NCBI GenBank assembly: GCA_951406725.2
Contig: OX597815.1
Location: forward strand, 159,774,001 to 159,838,000
Length of the DNA stretch: 64,000 nucleotides
Source: Octopus vulgaris
Taxonomy: Eukaryota
Direction of reading: 5' to 3'
Notes under the pieces: generated by a model
What the model saw: the letters and a program-made list of their open reading frames with translations, nothing else
Told to the model about the DNA's origin: nothing
Databases searched by the model: none
Shown here: positions 52,945 to 64,000 of the stretch, one piece after another
Layout of the letters: the number at the start of each line of letters is the position of its first letter
Position numbering within the stretch: position 1 is the stretch's first letter
Made by a program: the position numbers and the translations under genes

Positions 52945-53585
52945 TTTGTTTCAGTCATTATACTGCAGCCATGCTGAAGCACTGCTTTAAAGGGTTTTAG
53001 TCAAAAAAACTGACCCCCAAGATTTATTGTTTGTAAGCCTAGTACTTATTCTATCGGTCTCTTTTGCCAAACCACTAAGTTACGAGGGCATAAGCACACC
53101 AGCATCGGTTGTCAAGTGATGGCAGGGGGACAAACACTGACACACACACATAGATATATATATCATCATCATCATCATCATCGTTTAATGTCCGTTTTCC
53201 ATGCTATTTTCCTCGATATTATGTAAATAGAGGAATTTATATGTAAATATAATATGTGACAATTATTTAGTAGCCATGATAAAACTCCAAGTTTCGGATG
53301 TCAATGGCCTGATAACTGAAGAGATGCCAGAGTGGGTTTCCGCCCCAACATCCGAAACTCAGAGTTTTATCATGGCTACCGAATAATTGTGACATATTAT
53401 ATTTACAGATATATATCTCTATGGCAAGCTTCTTTCAGTTTCCATCTACCAAATCCACTCACAAGGCTTTGGTTGACTCAAGGCTATAATAGAAGACACT
53501 TACCCAAAGTCTCATGCAGTGGGACTGAACCCAGAATCATGTGGTTGGTAAGCAAGTTTCTTACCACACAGCCACACTTGTGCCT
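52945..53585 (-). mobile_element. SINE family A interrupted in its microsatellite by an RTE-tail scrap and a hammerhead fold-back
   Basis: 3' half at 52945-53160 and 5' half at about 53420-53585 flank the insert. Confidence 0.82.
53307..53376 (+). ncRNA. Type-I hammerhead ribozyme motif in a fold-back element
   Basis: GCC-UGAUAA-CUGAAGA-GAUG...CAUC-C-GAAA-CUC-A-GAG-UU-UUAUCA-U-GGC: stem I of 6+3 bp with a bulged U, CUGAAGA and GAAA cores intact, GUU triplet. Confidence 0.72.
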
Positions 53586-54858
53586 GTTTGTACAGGTTGA
53601 ACAGATTTTGTTGCAGCAAATTTCTCTAGAGCCAGATGCCCTTCATCTTGCCAACCCTCACATGTTTCCAAGTAAGGTAATATTTCCCCCTGCTTGACTT
53701 GTATGACTTGGAAGAGTGAGAATGAAGGACACTGCTGGTATGACAGCAAAATTCACAACTATCATGCAATGTGAAGGCAAGGAAACAGTAACATATACAT
53801 ATGTAAAAGAGAACTCGTGCTGTCACCATATAAAAGAACACTCATGGCCCCACCACATAAAAGCACACCCATCTCAGTGCCATCTAAAAGGCACCCATGT
53901 GAGTACCATGTAAAAAAACACTTAGTACATTCTGTATAGCAGTTGGCATTAGGAAGGGCATCCAGCCATAGAAACTATGCCAAAACAGATAACTGGGGCC
54001 TGGTGCAGTCCTCGGGTTTACTAGCTCCTGTCAAACCATCCAACTTATGCCAGCATGGAGAATGGGAATGATGATGATGATGATGACATACACACAGTGG
54101 GATTCTTTTAGTTTCCATCTAGCAATTCTGCTGACAAAGTTTTGGTCGGCCTGGAGAGGTAAGAGAAGGCACTTGCCAAAGGTGCCATGCAATGGGACTG
54201 AACTCGAAACATGTGGTTGGGAAGTAAACTTCTACCCGCTTATATTTTTTTCCATATAACTTATATTCCAGGTAGCCTCTATATGGCCACACACCCTGCT
54301 AAAAATAACTGCCAAACTTCCATCAGGCCTTTTGAAAAGACACAAAGGATAATATAGTCCATGGTACACAATACCTGAGAAAAGAAGAAATGTCATAACT
54401 GGAATACCTTTTGTCATATGCCATCAGGGGTTCGGTTAAAGCCATGATGTTGTGGTTCAGGTGTTGGGCTCATGATTGTCAAATGATGAGTTGGATTCTC
54501 AGTCTATGTAATTGTGCAATGCACTTCGTTCTACATCTTCCTGAGTTTTCCTCTTCCACAGATTCCCTCCACAGTTACAGACTGGCACTTCTTTATGCAG
54601 CTGTCATCATCAGTATGCATCACATGATCATACCAACACAATCTTCTCTCTTGTACACTACAACTGATGCTGCTTGTACCTGACTTTTGTCTCAAAGCAT
54701 TTACATTTAGTCATACATGCACACAGCTCTTGTACACATATTGGCTTCATTTCTTCCAATCCTTTGCATGTCCTCAGTAGTAACAGCCTATGTTTCTTCT
54801 TCTTGTCCAATATTTTGAATCTGGGTTCGTCCCCATTAACAGGGGTGGTTGGATCTAC

Positions 54859-55140
54859 CTAACTCCTGCAGCAACCACTCTCACACCATCTCACCCGGTT
54901 TGGGGCATCCTCCCTCCTCAAGCCAACCCTCCCAATACTCTCCTCCACGTGTCCCCTCCACATTTTCTTTGGTTGACCTTGCTTTTGCAGTTCACTCACT
55001 CTAACTTCAAGCACTCTCCTCAAAACATGATCCCCATTCCTCCTTGACTCATGCCCATACCACCACACTCCATTCACCCTTGCCAGCTGTTCCACCGATT
55101 CCTCCAACCCCAGCATCCCCATCATGCTTTGTTTCACAAC
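54859..55140 (-). mobile_element. RTE-like LINE ORF C-terminal fragment
   Basis: LGLEESVEQLARVNGVWWYGH...DHVLRRVLE....QGQPKKMW...V...GLRREDAPNRVRW, the typical post-RT tail of RTE LINEs. Confidence 0.75.
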
Positions 55141-55364
55141 CGTATAGCATTAGCTGTCCCTACACATTAAATCCAGTCTTAAATACTACAAAAAAAATTT
55201 TTTTAATAAGAAGGATGGTTGAATGGCTATACTCAAAATGCCTTTGACCCTTAGTATAATGAGTCTATAAGTTTTTCTTGAAGTTCAGTGAGGAATTCCT
55301 TAATCCAAATAAAGCTTCTCTCTAGAAGTCTTGTTCAACTGTATAACCAAACTCCTATTCTTAT

Positions 55365-57473
55365 CAATTCTAAAGTTGAGTATGTTCAATCCTTATTAAT
55401 CTACTGACATTAAAGAACATAACCATTTTTAACACCCTTTATGCAAACTAGCCAACGTCAAAAACAGGGTCCGTTTATTCAATACAGTGTACAGTATATT
55501 GCACAGTATTCCCTCATTTTTGGATGTTGGACAAGAGGTCAGGTACTGTAATACAAATCTAGTATGTTACAAAATTGTAAAAGTAACATCTCCTTCAACT
55601 GTAAAGTAGCATTTCCTCAACTGTATAACCAAACTCAAATTCTTGTCATTCTACATAAATAGTGCTGTTCACATGACCATTGGGTTCCGTCATATGACAC
55701 AGCACATATGTGATACATGCAATGCTACAACAACATGAATGTTATATTTTACCCTTCTTTTTATAATACTGTAGTCATTATCCATTACTATACTGCCAGG
55801 TAACAACCTAATCATGATAAAATAGATCCTTCAATAAAAACCTACTTTAATGATCACATTGATATGCTCAACAGTTATCTGTTTTTTTCTTTTTCTTGAA
55901 ACAAATTTTACTTATGTCTTTCACTCACTGTAATTCTGTCAACAAGTCATTATAGTGAAAGTTCTTTTTCAAAGTCCATGTTGCATTGTGTGTATGTTGA
56001 AAGACATACAGAAACACACAGAAATACACAATACACAACCAACCAAAACGATAACTATATTTATTATATATATATATATATATATATATACATAGAGGGA
56101 GAGAGAAAGTCATTTTTTTTAAAGTCTGTGCTTCACTCTGTTGACAGATTTGCATTTAAAGTTCCCATGTTTTTAATCAAAACTTGTTAGTTACTATGGT
56201 GACAACTCTTCCTATCTGTCTATCAATCTTTGTTTCTTTCTTTCACTCACTCTCTTTCTCTCTTTCCCACACACACACTGTATTTGTCACTCAACAACAA
56301 CTTTTTCTCCTTCCCATCTAAATATACAATGTGACTGGAGTTATCTCTCCAATTGATGTTGTGATGGATAGACAGACAGAATTCAGCTTCTCTTATATAA
56401 GATTTAACTATGGTTATCAACTGTTTTCTAACAAATAATGCATCAACAGATGCATGGAAGATGGATGTTAAACAATGATGATGATGAATTTCCAAAGTCA
56501 TCTATTCATGTAGAAGTCAGCTACACTCATAGAAGTTAGAGTAGAATCTAGCTGCACTTGTTGAAACCACCTGCATTTGCTGTACATGCTAGTGGTACTT
56601 GTATCATAGTATGATAAAGAGTAGTTCTGCTGTGTTATACTCCATTGTTCCAAACAGTTTTCAAAATGTTGCAAAAAGAATGATGGTTTGATTTCCTCAC
56701 TGAAGATTGTTTGATTTATTTATATATGTTCACAGAATGACTGATTTTATTTCACAAATTCTAGATATAGAAATATTTCCAAAGTGTGTTAAAATAACTT
56801 CAAAAATAATTTGAAAGAACAACATAGGAAAGATGGTGAAATATTAAATGATGGAGACTACTCACCTTATTAACACAATATCTGTGTATACGGTGCAAGT
56901 GCCAGAAAAAAATTTGTCTGTACCAATTATAGTTTACAAAATATCTTATCTCTTAGAATAAATGTATAGTACGTTTTTTGGGAAATTTTTATATAATTTT
57001 ATTTTGATATTCTTAAAGGTAAAACAAAAAAACTCACAAGGGAAATATATAAAATATACACAAAAAAGACAATATATCTTTACCAAAAGATAAAATGTTT
57101 ATCCTTGTCACCCTGTTCATGAAAATATTTGAGGTGTAACCACTTTAAATGATAGGTAGCATCTGGTTAAAGACAAATGCTCTGAACAGGAGTAATCAAA
57201 GAAGAGCAGGAGACATAGGATCCAGTCTAAGTCTGGTTTGTTGAAGGATATATTACTTTACAATTTTATAACATGCTAGATTTGTATTACAGTGCCAGAC
57301 CCCTTGTCCAACTTCCAGAAATCTGGGAATACTTTGCAATATAATGTACCCTGTATTGAATAAACAGACCCTGTTTTTGAAGTTGGCTAATTTGCATAAG
57401 GGGTGTTAAAAATAGTTATGTTCTTTACTGTCAGTGGATTAATAAGGATAGAACATACTCTGCTTTAGAATTG
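55365..57473. repeat. About 235-bp inverted repeat pair (55365-55599 / 57240-57473)
   Basis: Reverse-complement alignment by eye along the full arm length with scattered substitutions. Confidence 0.85.
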
Positions 57474-59315
57474 TATTGATTTGTACCTGTACCTGTTAAA
57501 TCATGTTCTTCACTTTTCTTTGTTTAATATTCATCTTGTATAAGGCAGTGAACTGGCAGCGTTGTTAGTATGCTGGGTAAAATGCTTAGTAGCATTTTGT
57601 CCGTCTTTACGTTCCGAGTTCAAATTCTGCTGAAGTTGATTTCGCCTTCCATCCTTTTGCATTCAATAAAATAAATATCAGTCATGTACAACGATTGATG
57701 TATTCGACTTACCCCCTCCCCAAAATTTGTGCCAAAACTTGAAATCACTACTTCTGTAAGCATTATACCATATACATAGTGCAATATGATATATTTTACG
57801 AATTCTAAGGGGATTAATGAATATCAGACTCTGCTTTAGAGGTGTAATAATTTGAATCTGTTAAGTACAATTTAGGTTTTTACTTTACATAATGTATTTC
57901 ATACTTTATTTTATACTTTATATTATAAATACCATTTGAGCTCTGGGGTCAATCTTATGGACTATCCCCTATCACCAAAATTGTCAAGCCTTGTGTCTAG
58001 AGCAGAAAAGAATATTTAGTTAGTTATATTCTAGCAACTTACAACAATGACATTTCAGAGCTAAAATTCTTAGGATATTTATCTAAAATGTAGAAGTTCT
58101 GTTGGTCAAGTTCAGTTTTATCTGGGACTAAATTTTAAACTGTTGCCAATTTCCAACATTTTTTTTTTCACTTTAGTAGGAATAATCAAATTACTTGGAA
58201 CCAATTGACTTCCACCATTCATGTGTACGACCATGACAACTGCTTTTCTGCTTTTTGGCACTTTCTACAGTTTTTGAACTGATATTGTTCACTTGAAGGT
58301 ATATGTCTTAGAAAGTCTTAAGTAATTTGTCATTTCTTGGCTGTGTGGTTAAGAAACACATCTTGTGACCATGTGGTTTTAGGTTCAGTTTTCCTGTGTG
58401 ATACATTGGGCAAGTGTCTTCTGCTGTAGACTCTCAGGTTAACCAATGCTTTGTGTGTGAATTTGGTTGATAGTAACTCTGGAGAAAGCTGTTGTATGTT
58501 GTAGATGTGAGTGTGTGTGTGTTTATATTGTATTTTTCTTCTCCACTTGACAGCTATATTTGTGTGTGTGTGTGTTTCATCATTGTTATTTAACGTCCAT
58601 TGTCCATTCTGGCATGGGTTGGACGGTTTGGGCCAAAGCTAGCAACCTGGAGAGCTGCACCAGGCTCCAGTCTGATTTGGCATGGTTTCTATGGCTGGAT
58701 GCTCTTCTTAATGCCAACCACTTTACAGTGTATGCTGAATGCTTTTACAAGGAACTGTCACAGGACTCTTGCAGGCGAATCCTCTTCACCAGGGGTAACA
58801 GTCTTAACAGTTCTGCTGTGGATTATAGGTCTTCTTGAGTAATACAAATCTTCTTGGTAGTATGGGAGCTGAAGTTCTATCAGATCCAGAAAATGTTATA
58901 CCTATACACACACACACACATATATATATATCTTTATGGTGACTTTTAGTGGAAGATTATCACTAAATACCAGTGTAGTGTTTAAGCATTCATGGAAGTA
59001 TTGTACATTTGATAAGAAACATGATAATAAATAGCTGTATGACCCATGGTAATTCCATGACTATTTTGAAATTATAAGAGAATTATAAGTTGATATAGAA
59101 CCGTGAAATGCATAATTTCTATTGAAACAGTAATTTTATTTTTTAGTATTTGATTCTTAAAACGGTGTAAAGTTCACAGATAGTGCAATTTTAGGAGAGA
59201 ATATCTTTGAAGACTGTATTCTTTGTTATAAACTTGTGACCCCTTCTACTTTGGGAGTTGCTTTCTATTATTCTTATCATTTTATCAATAAGTAAATAAT
59301 CTTCAATATAATATA

Positions 59316-59708
59316 GGCGCAGGAGTGGCTGTGTGGTAAGTAGCTTGCTAACCAACCACATGGTTCTGGGTTCAGTCCCACTGCATGGCATCTTGGGCAA
59401 GTGTCTTCTGCTATAGCCCCGGGCCGACCAATGCCTTGTGAGTGGATTTGGTAGACGGAAACTGAAAGAAGCCTGTCGTATATATGTATATATATATAGG
59501 TGTGTGTGTCTGTGTTTGCTTGACAGCAATGTTGGTGTGTTTACGTCCCCGTCACTTAGCGGTTCGGCAAAAGAGACTGATAGAATAAGTACTGGGCTTA
59601 CAAAGAATAAGTCCCGGGGTCGATTTGCTCGACTAAAGGCGGTGCTCCAGCATGGCCGCAGTGAAATGACTGAAACAAGTAAAAAGAGTAAAGAGTAAAA
59701 AGAGTATA
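59316..59708 (+). mobile_element. SINE family A, young full-length copy
   Basis: CpGs retained; (aaagagta)n tail. Confidence 0.9.
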
Positions 59709-60128
59709 AGAGAAAATCAAAAACATAAGCTATCGGCAATATTATTCTGCCATGGTATAACTCCATTGGTTAAGCTCTTACAAGTCTTAATATGTTATAC
59801 TACTTCCTTGCTTTGTACTTGAGAAAAGTGCATTTATTTAGACTTGAGCCTACAGTCTAAAGAAATAATAAATGAAGTACAATACCTGCCTCGCTAAACT
59901 ATGGGTTCTAAAAGATATATATACAGGGTGCGGCGAATATATTGTCATCTAAATTATTTGAAAATGAAAATAACACTGACATCTCATTTTAACAGATATA
60001 TTTACCAAAATTACATAAAAATATCTTGAAATACTAAAGAGTGAATAAAATATCACAATCATCTTCATCATTATTTAGTACCTATTTTCCATGCTGCCAT
60101 AGGCTGGATGATATTATAAAGTATATAC

Positions 60129-60535
60129 TGTTTTACTCTTTTACTTGTTTCAGTCATTTGATTGCGGCCATGCTGGAGCACCGCCTTTAGTCGAGCAAAT
60201 CGACCCCGGGACTTATTCTTTGTAAGCCCAGTACTTATTCTATCGATCTCTTTTGCCAAACCGCTAAGTGACTGGGACATAAACACTCCAGCATCGGTTG
60301 TCAAGCAATGCTAGGGGGACAAACACAGACACACAAACACACACACACACATATATATATATACATATATACGACAGGCTTCTTTCAGTTTCCATCTACC
60401 AAATCCACTCACAAGGCATTGGTCGGCCCGGGGCTATAGCAGAAGACACTTGCCCAAGATGCCACGCAGTGGGACTGAACCCGGGACTATGTGGTTGGTT
60501 AGCAAGCTACTTACCACACAGCCACTCCTGCGCCT
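60129..60535 (-). mobile_element. SINE family A, young full-length copy with 133-bp flanking direct repeats
   Basis: Direct repeats at 59996-60128 and 60536-60668. Confidence 0.9.
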
Positions 60536-61203
60536 ATATATTTACCAAAATTACATAAATATATCTTGAAATACTAAAGAGTGAATAAAATATCACAATC
60601 ATCTTCATCATTATTTAATACCTATTTTCCATGCTGCCATAGGTTGGATGATATTATAAAGTATATACATACATATAACATTCAAATTTAAAGTGTTTGT
60701 CAGTCAGTTGTCTTATGACTAATATAAACAATATACATGCTGTATCTATGACAGTTTATGCCTTCATTTTCATTTCATAGTTTATCTGTAAATTGTATTA
60801 TGAATAATTTAGATATCTTATACTAGATTATGTCTTTGATTTCATTCCATAGTTAGAGCATTATATATGTAATTGGCAGCAGAATAATATTAAATATTAA
60901 GGATGATTGTACTTAAGTAGGATGATAATGATGGAAAGGCAGGTAGTATTTAGTAGTAGCAATGTTTCTGATAATGATGCTGGCAACCAGGGTCAGAGGC
61001 TTTCTTGTTATATTTCTTTGCCACAAATCTCGTCCACCCTTCCATGAACATACAGGACCTGTATTTTCATGAGACGTGGGTGAGATCTGTAAAAGAGTTA
61101 AAGAGTGGTGAAGCTATTAATCTCATCTTTGGTGTTAAATGTACTCTGTATTTGGATACTCTTGCTTTGATATGAACTTGTAAAGCTTTGTAGTGCAGTA
61201 TGG

Positions 61204-61587
61204 TGGAGGCGCAATGGCCCAGTGGTTAGGGCAGCGGACTCGCGGTCATAGGATCGCGGTTTCGATTCCCAGACCGGGCGTTGTGAGTGTTTATTGAGTG
61301 AAAACACCTAAAGCTCCACAAGGCTCCGGCAGGGGATGGTGGTGATCCCTGCTGTACTCTTTCACCACAACTTTCTCTCACTCTTACTTCCTGTTTCTGT
61401 TGTACCTGTATTTCAAATGGCCGGCCTTGTCACTCTCTGTGTCACGCTGAATATCCCCGAGAACTACGTTAAGGGTACACGTGTCTGTGGAGTGCTCAGC
61501 CACTTACACGTTAATTTCACGAGCAGGCTGTTCTGTTGATTCGGATCAACCGGAACCCTTGTCGTCGTAACCGATGGAGTGCTTCCA
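61204..61587 (+). mobile_element. tRNA-derived SINE family D, young full-length copy
   Basis: A box tggcccagtgg, B-box-like gtttcgattcc, CpG-rich; agtgcagt repeated at 61192-61199 and 61591-61598. Confidence 0.85.
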
Positions 61588-62146
61588 TCCAGTGCAGTTT
61601 AAAAACTTCTATAATATCGTGAGAAGATTTATTCACAAAATAATTATACAAAATCAAAAATGCATTTCTTTTCTTTAAACGTTTGCAATGAATAAGCTTT
61701 AAAGAACAACTAAAAATTATTTATATATCTTAACTTCATTGGATTAATACCTATTGTAAATTTTTAGTTTTTCTTAAGTAATTGTAATTCATTTTGACCC
61801 TTTCTCATATAGTAGATGAAAATAGGAAATCTGATTGATCTAAACTATCTTTAGTATCTTTTTATAGTGTTCAGAAGTAGAGTTGTAATACATCAAATAA
61901 AATATATATTTAAAACTCATCTTACATGTACCTGGTGACCTCACTAGTGCTGGTGCCACAAAAAAAAAACACAAAATGCACCCAGTACATTCTGTACAGT
62001 AGTTGGTATTAAGAAGGGCATCCAACCATAGAAATCATGCCAAAGTAAACTCTAGAGATTGGTGCAGTCCCCAATATACAAATTCTCATTGCTTCTTGAG
62101 ATCTCTTCAATATTAGTTGACTCTGTCTGTCTGTCTCTCTCTCTCC

Positions 62147-62199
<53 letters not shown>

Positions 62200-63295
62200 T
62201 ATGAAAGAATGGATGTGAATTTGCTACCCAGGTATCAGTTAACCGAATTATCCATAACAAGATAATTCATTCAACTACTCAAATATATATATATATATAC
62301 ACACACACATACATACATGTATGTATATATATATACAACTGGCTTCCACACAGATTCCATGTATCAATTCGCTCACAAGACATTGGTCTCCCTGGTGCTA
62401 TAGTCAAAGACACTTGTCCAAGGTGCTGTGCAGTAAGTTTGAACCTGAAACCATGTAGTTCCAAAGTGAGCTTCTTAATCGCACAGCCATGTCTGCACCT
62501 ATGATAAAAAGAAATGTGGAATGCTTCACAAAATTGCTTGTCATCCTTGTACAGGGGACTACCTAATCTTTTAATATAAAAACAAAAACAAAAAGAAAAA
62601 ACAGAAAGGATCAATATCATAATTCTTTAATTTAGAAAATTGTTTGAAACAAAAATATCAAACTTTTATATGTCTCCATATTCTTTAAAAATTACATCAC
62701 CCATGTCTTAGCTGAATGCTTAACTAAATTAACATGATCAAAAGAACTTTTGTTTAAGCTTTGAGGAAAAACTAGTTTTGATATCAGAACCCTCTGAAAA
62801 TAAGAGACATCGGTGAAACAGATCATGCTGGGATTTGCAGCTTCAATGAGGCACCAAAATAATTCCATGTTTACTAGAAATACATCACAGTTGTTACACA
62901 GGTTTCTTGTGTGCGTGTGTGTCCCACCTTGAAAAAAATTACACAATTATAAAATTTAAGCTAATATGTAACCACAAATGTAAATTTCTTTTTGCAAGAA
63001 TTCTAGAAAAGCAATAAAAAGAAATCCTAACTAGAAGTTGGATTTATTTATTTATTTATTTATTTATTTACTATTTGTATTCTGATTTGTCCTTTACGGT
63101 TAGTTTTATTTTTAAGGAAATAATCAAAATCATAGCAAATTCTTTTAAAGCAAAGCAAACTACAACAATAATAACAATAATAATAATAAGGATAAATTGA
63201 AAAAATGGCTTCTTCTTTACCTTACTGTATTTCTTTCTCTTTTTTTTGTCAAGTGTGGGGGTGCTTAGTAGTTCAGAAATGTAGAATTTGTTTTG

Positions 63296-63296
<1 letters not shown>

Positions 63297-63389
<93 letters not shown>

Positions 63390-63390
63390 A
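63297..63390. repeat. (CT)n-(TCTG)n-(TATC)n microsatellite
   Basis: Seen directly. Confidence 0.95.
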
Positions 63391-63584
63391 CTGTCTCCCT
63401 TTTTTCCAAAATTTCGTGATAATGTCTGCCTACTGGCTAAACATGCTGCTAAATTACTTCAATGGTGAACTTTCAGTTTGAAGTGACTTAATTTCATTAA
63501 TAAAATTTGGAAAAAGGAAAGGAAAAAAAAACGTGGGTAAGGAGAAAAGTAGGAAAATTTCATGGTAATTTGTCTGTAAATCAA

Positions 63585-64000
63585 TTACCACTACCCTGAA
63601 TGCCACCATCATAGCAATCATCAGCATCTTCATAAGCATCTACTTTTTCATCTTTATCATCATCGCAGCCGTCACTACCACAATGATGACCACCACCACT
63701 AACATCAGCATCCCCACCACTACCACAACAACAATGACTATCATCTCTAACTTCAACCTTCCCCACATCATCATTGTCATCACCAACACCAACCCCACCA
63801 CTAACTTCATCATCACCACCATCATCATCATCATTGTCACCATAACCGCTACCACCACTACCACCATCTCCGGCACCACCACTAGCTTCATCATCATCAT
63901 TATTATCATCATCACTATCTACACCATCATCCTCTCCACCACCACTAACTCTCTCCTCATCATCATCACCACCACTGCTAACTACATCATCATCTTCCTC
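63585..64000. repeat. Degenerate (CAT/CAC)n low-complexity tract
   Basis: Seen directly; similar tract at 26190-26480. Confidence 0.9.

Noticed and set aside
59191-59766. 191-aa ORF and many similar ones (RRHLPKVPCSGTEP, DTCPRCHAVGLNP)
   Set aside because: Antisense or alternative-frame readings of SINE family A, not genes.
61204-61280. tRNA-like sequence (also 42764-42832 and 773-840)
   Set aside because: SINE heads: no proper acceptor stem and they continue into SINE bodies.
63581-63915. Met/Val/Asp-rich ORFs
   Set aside because: Low-complexity (CAT/CAC)n tract.

Overview
AT-rich, repeat-dense eukaryotic genomic DNA. The SINE/MITE repertoire points to an Octopus genome (inference). The only protein-coding gene I can support is KATNIP (KIAA0556, katanin-interacting ciliary protein, DUF4457 C-terminal region) on the + strand. 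Three short exons (26895-27037, 41671-41772, 51492-51652) splice in frame across 14.6 kb and 9.7 kb GT-AG introns; the flanking exons were not found in the window. The rest is intronic: over 20 copies of one tRNA-derived SINE, other SINE families, RTE-like LINE fragments, dead mariner transposases, piggyBac/hAT/pogo-like MITEs and microsatellites. Almost all supplied ORFs are repeat artefacts. The main unexplained signal is a set of small, mutually dissimilar, mostly fold-back elements next to (TA)n/(CA)n tracts that carry minimal type-I hammerhead ribozyme motifs of the Penelope-like kind (39020-39071 and 53307-53376 with intact catalytic cores; 46745-46836, 22563-22668 and 20594-20609 degenerate), plus a fold-back element enclosing a GIY-YIG endonuclease C-terminus. 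Other notable items: a 133-bp target-site duplication around a young SINE, a mariner derivative made of two 5' ends, and a PHD finger inside a LINE reverse transcriptase.
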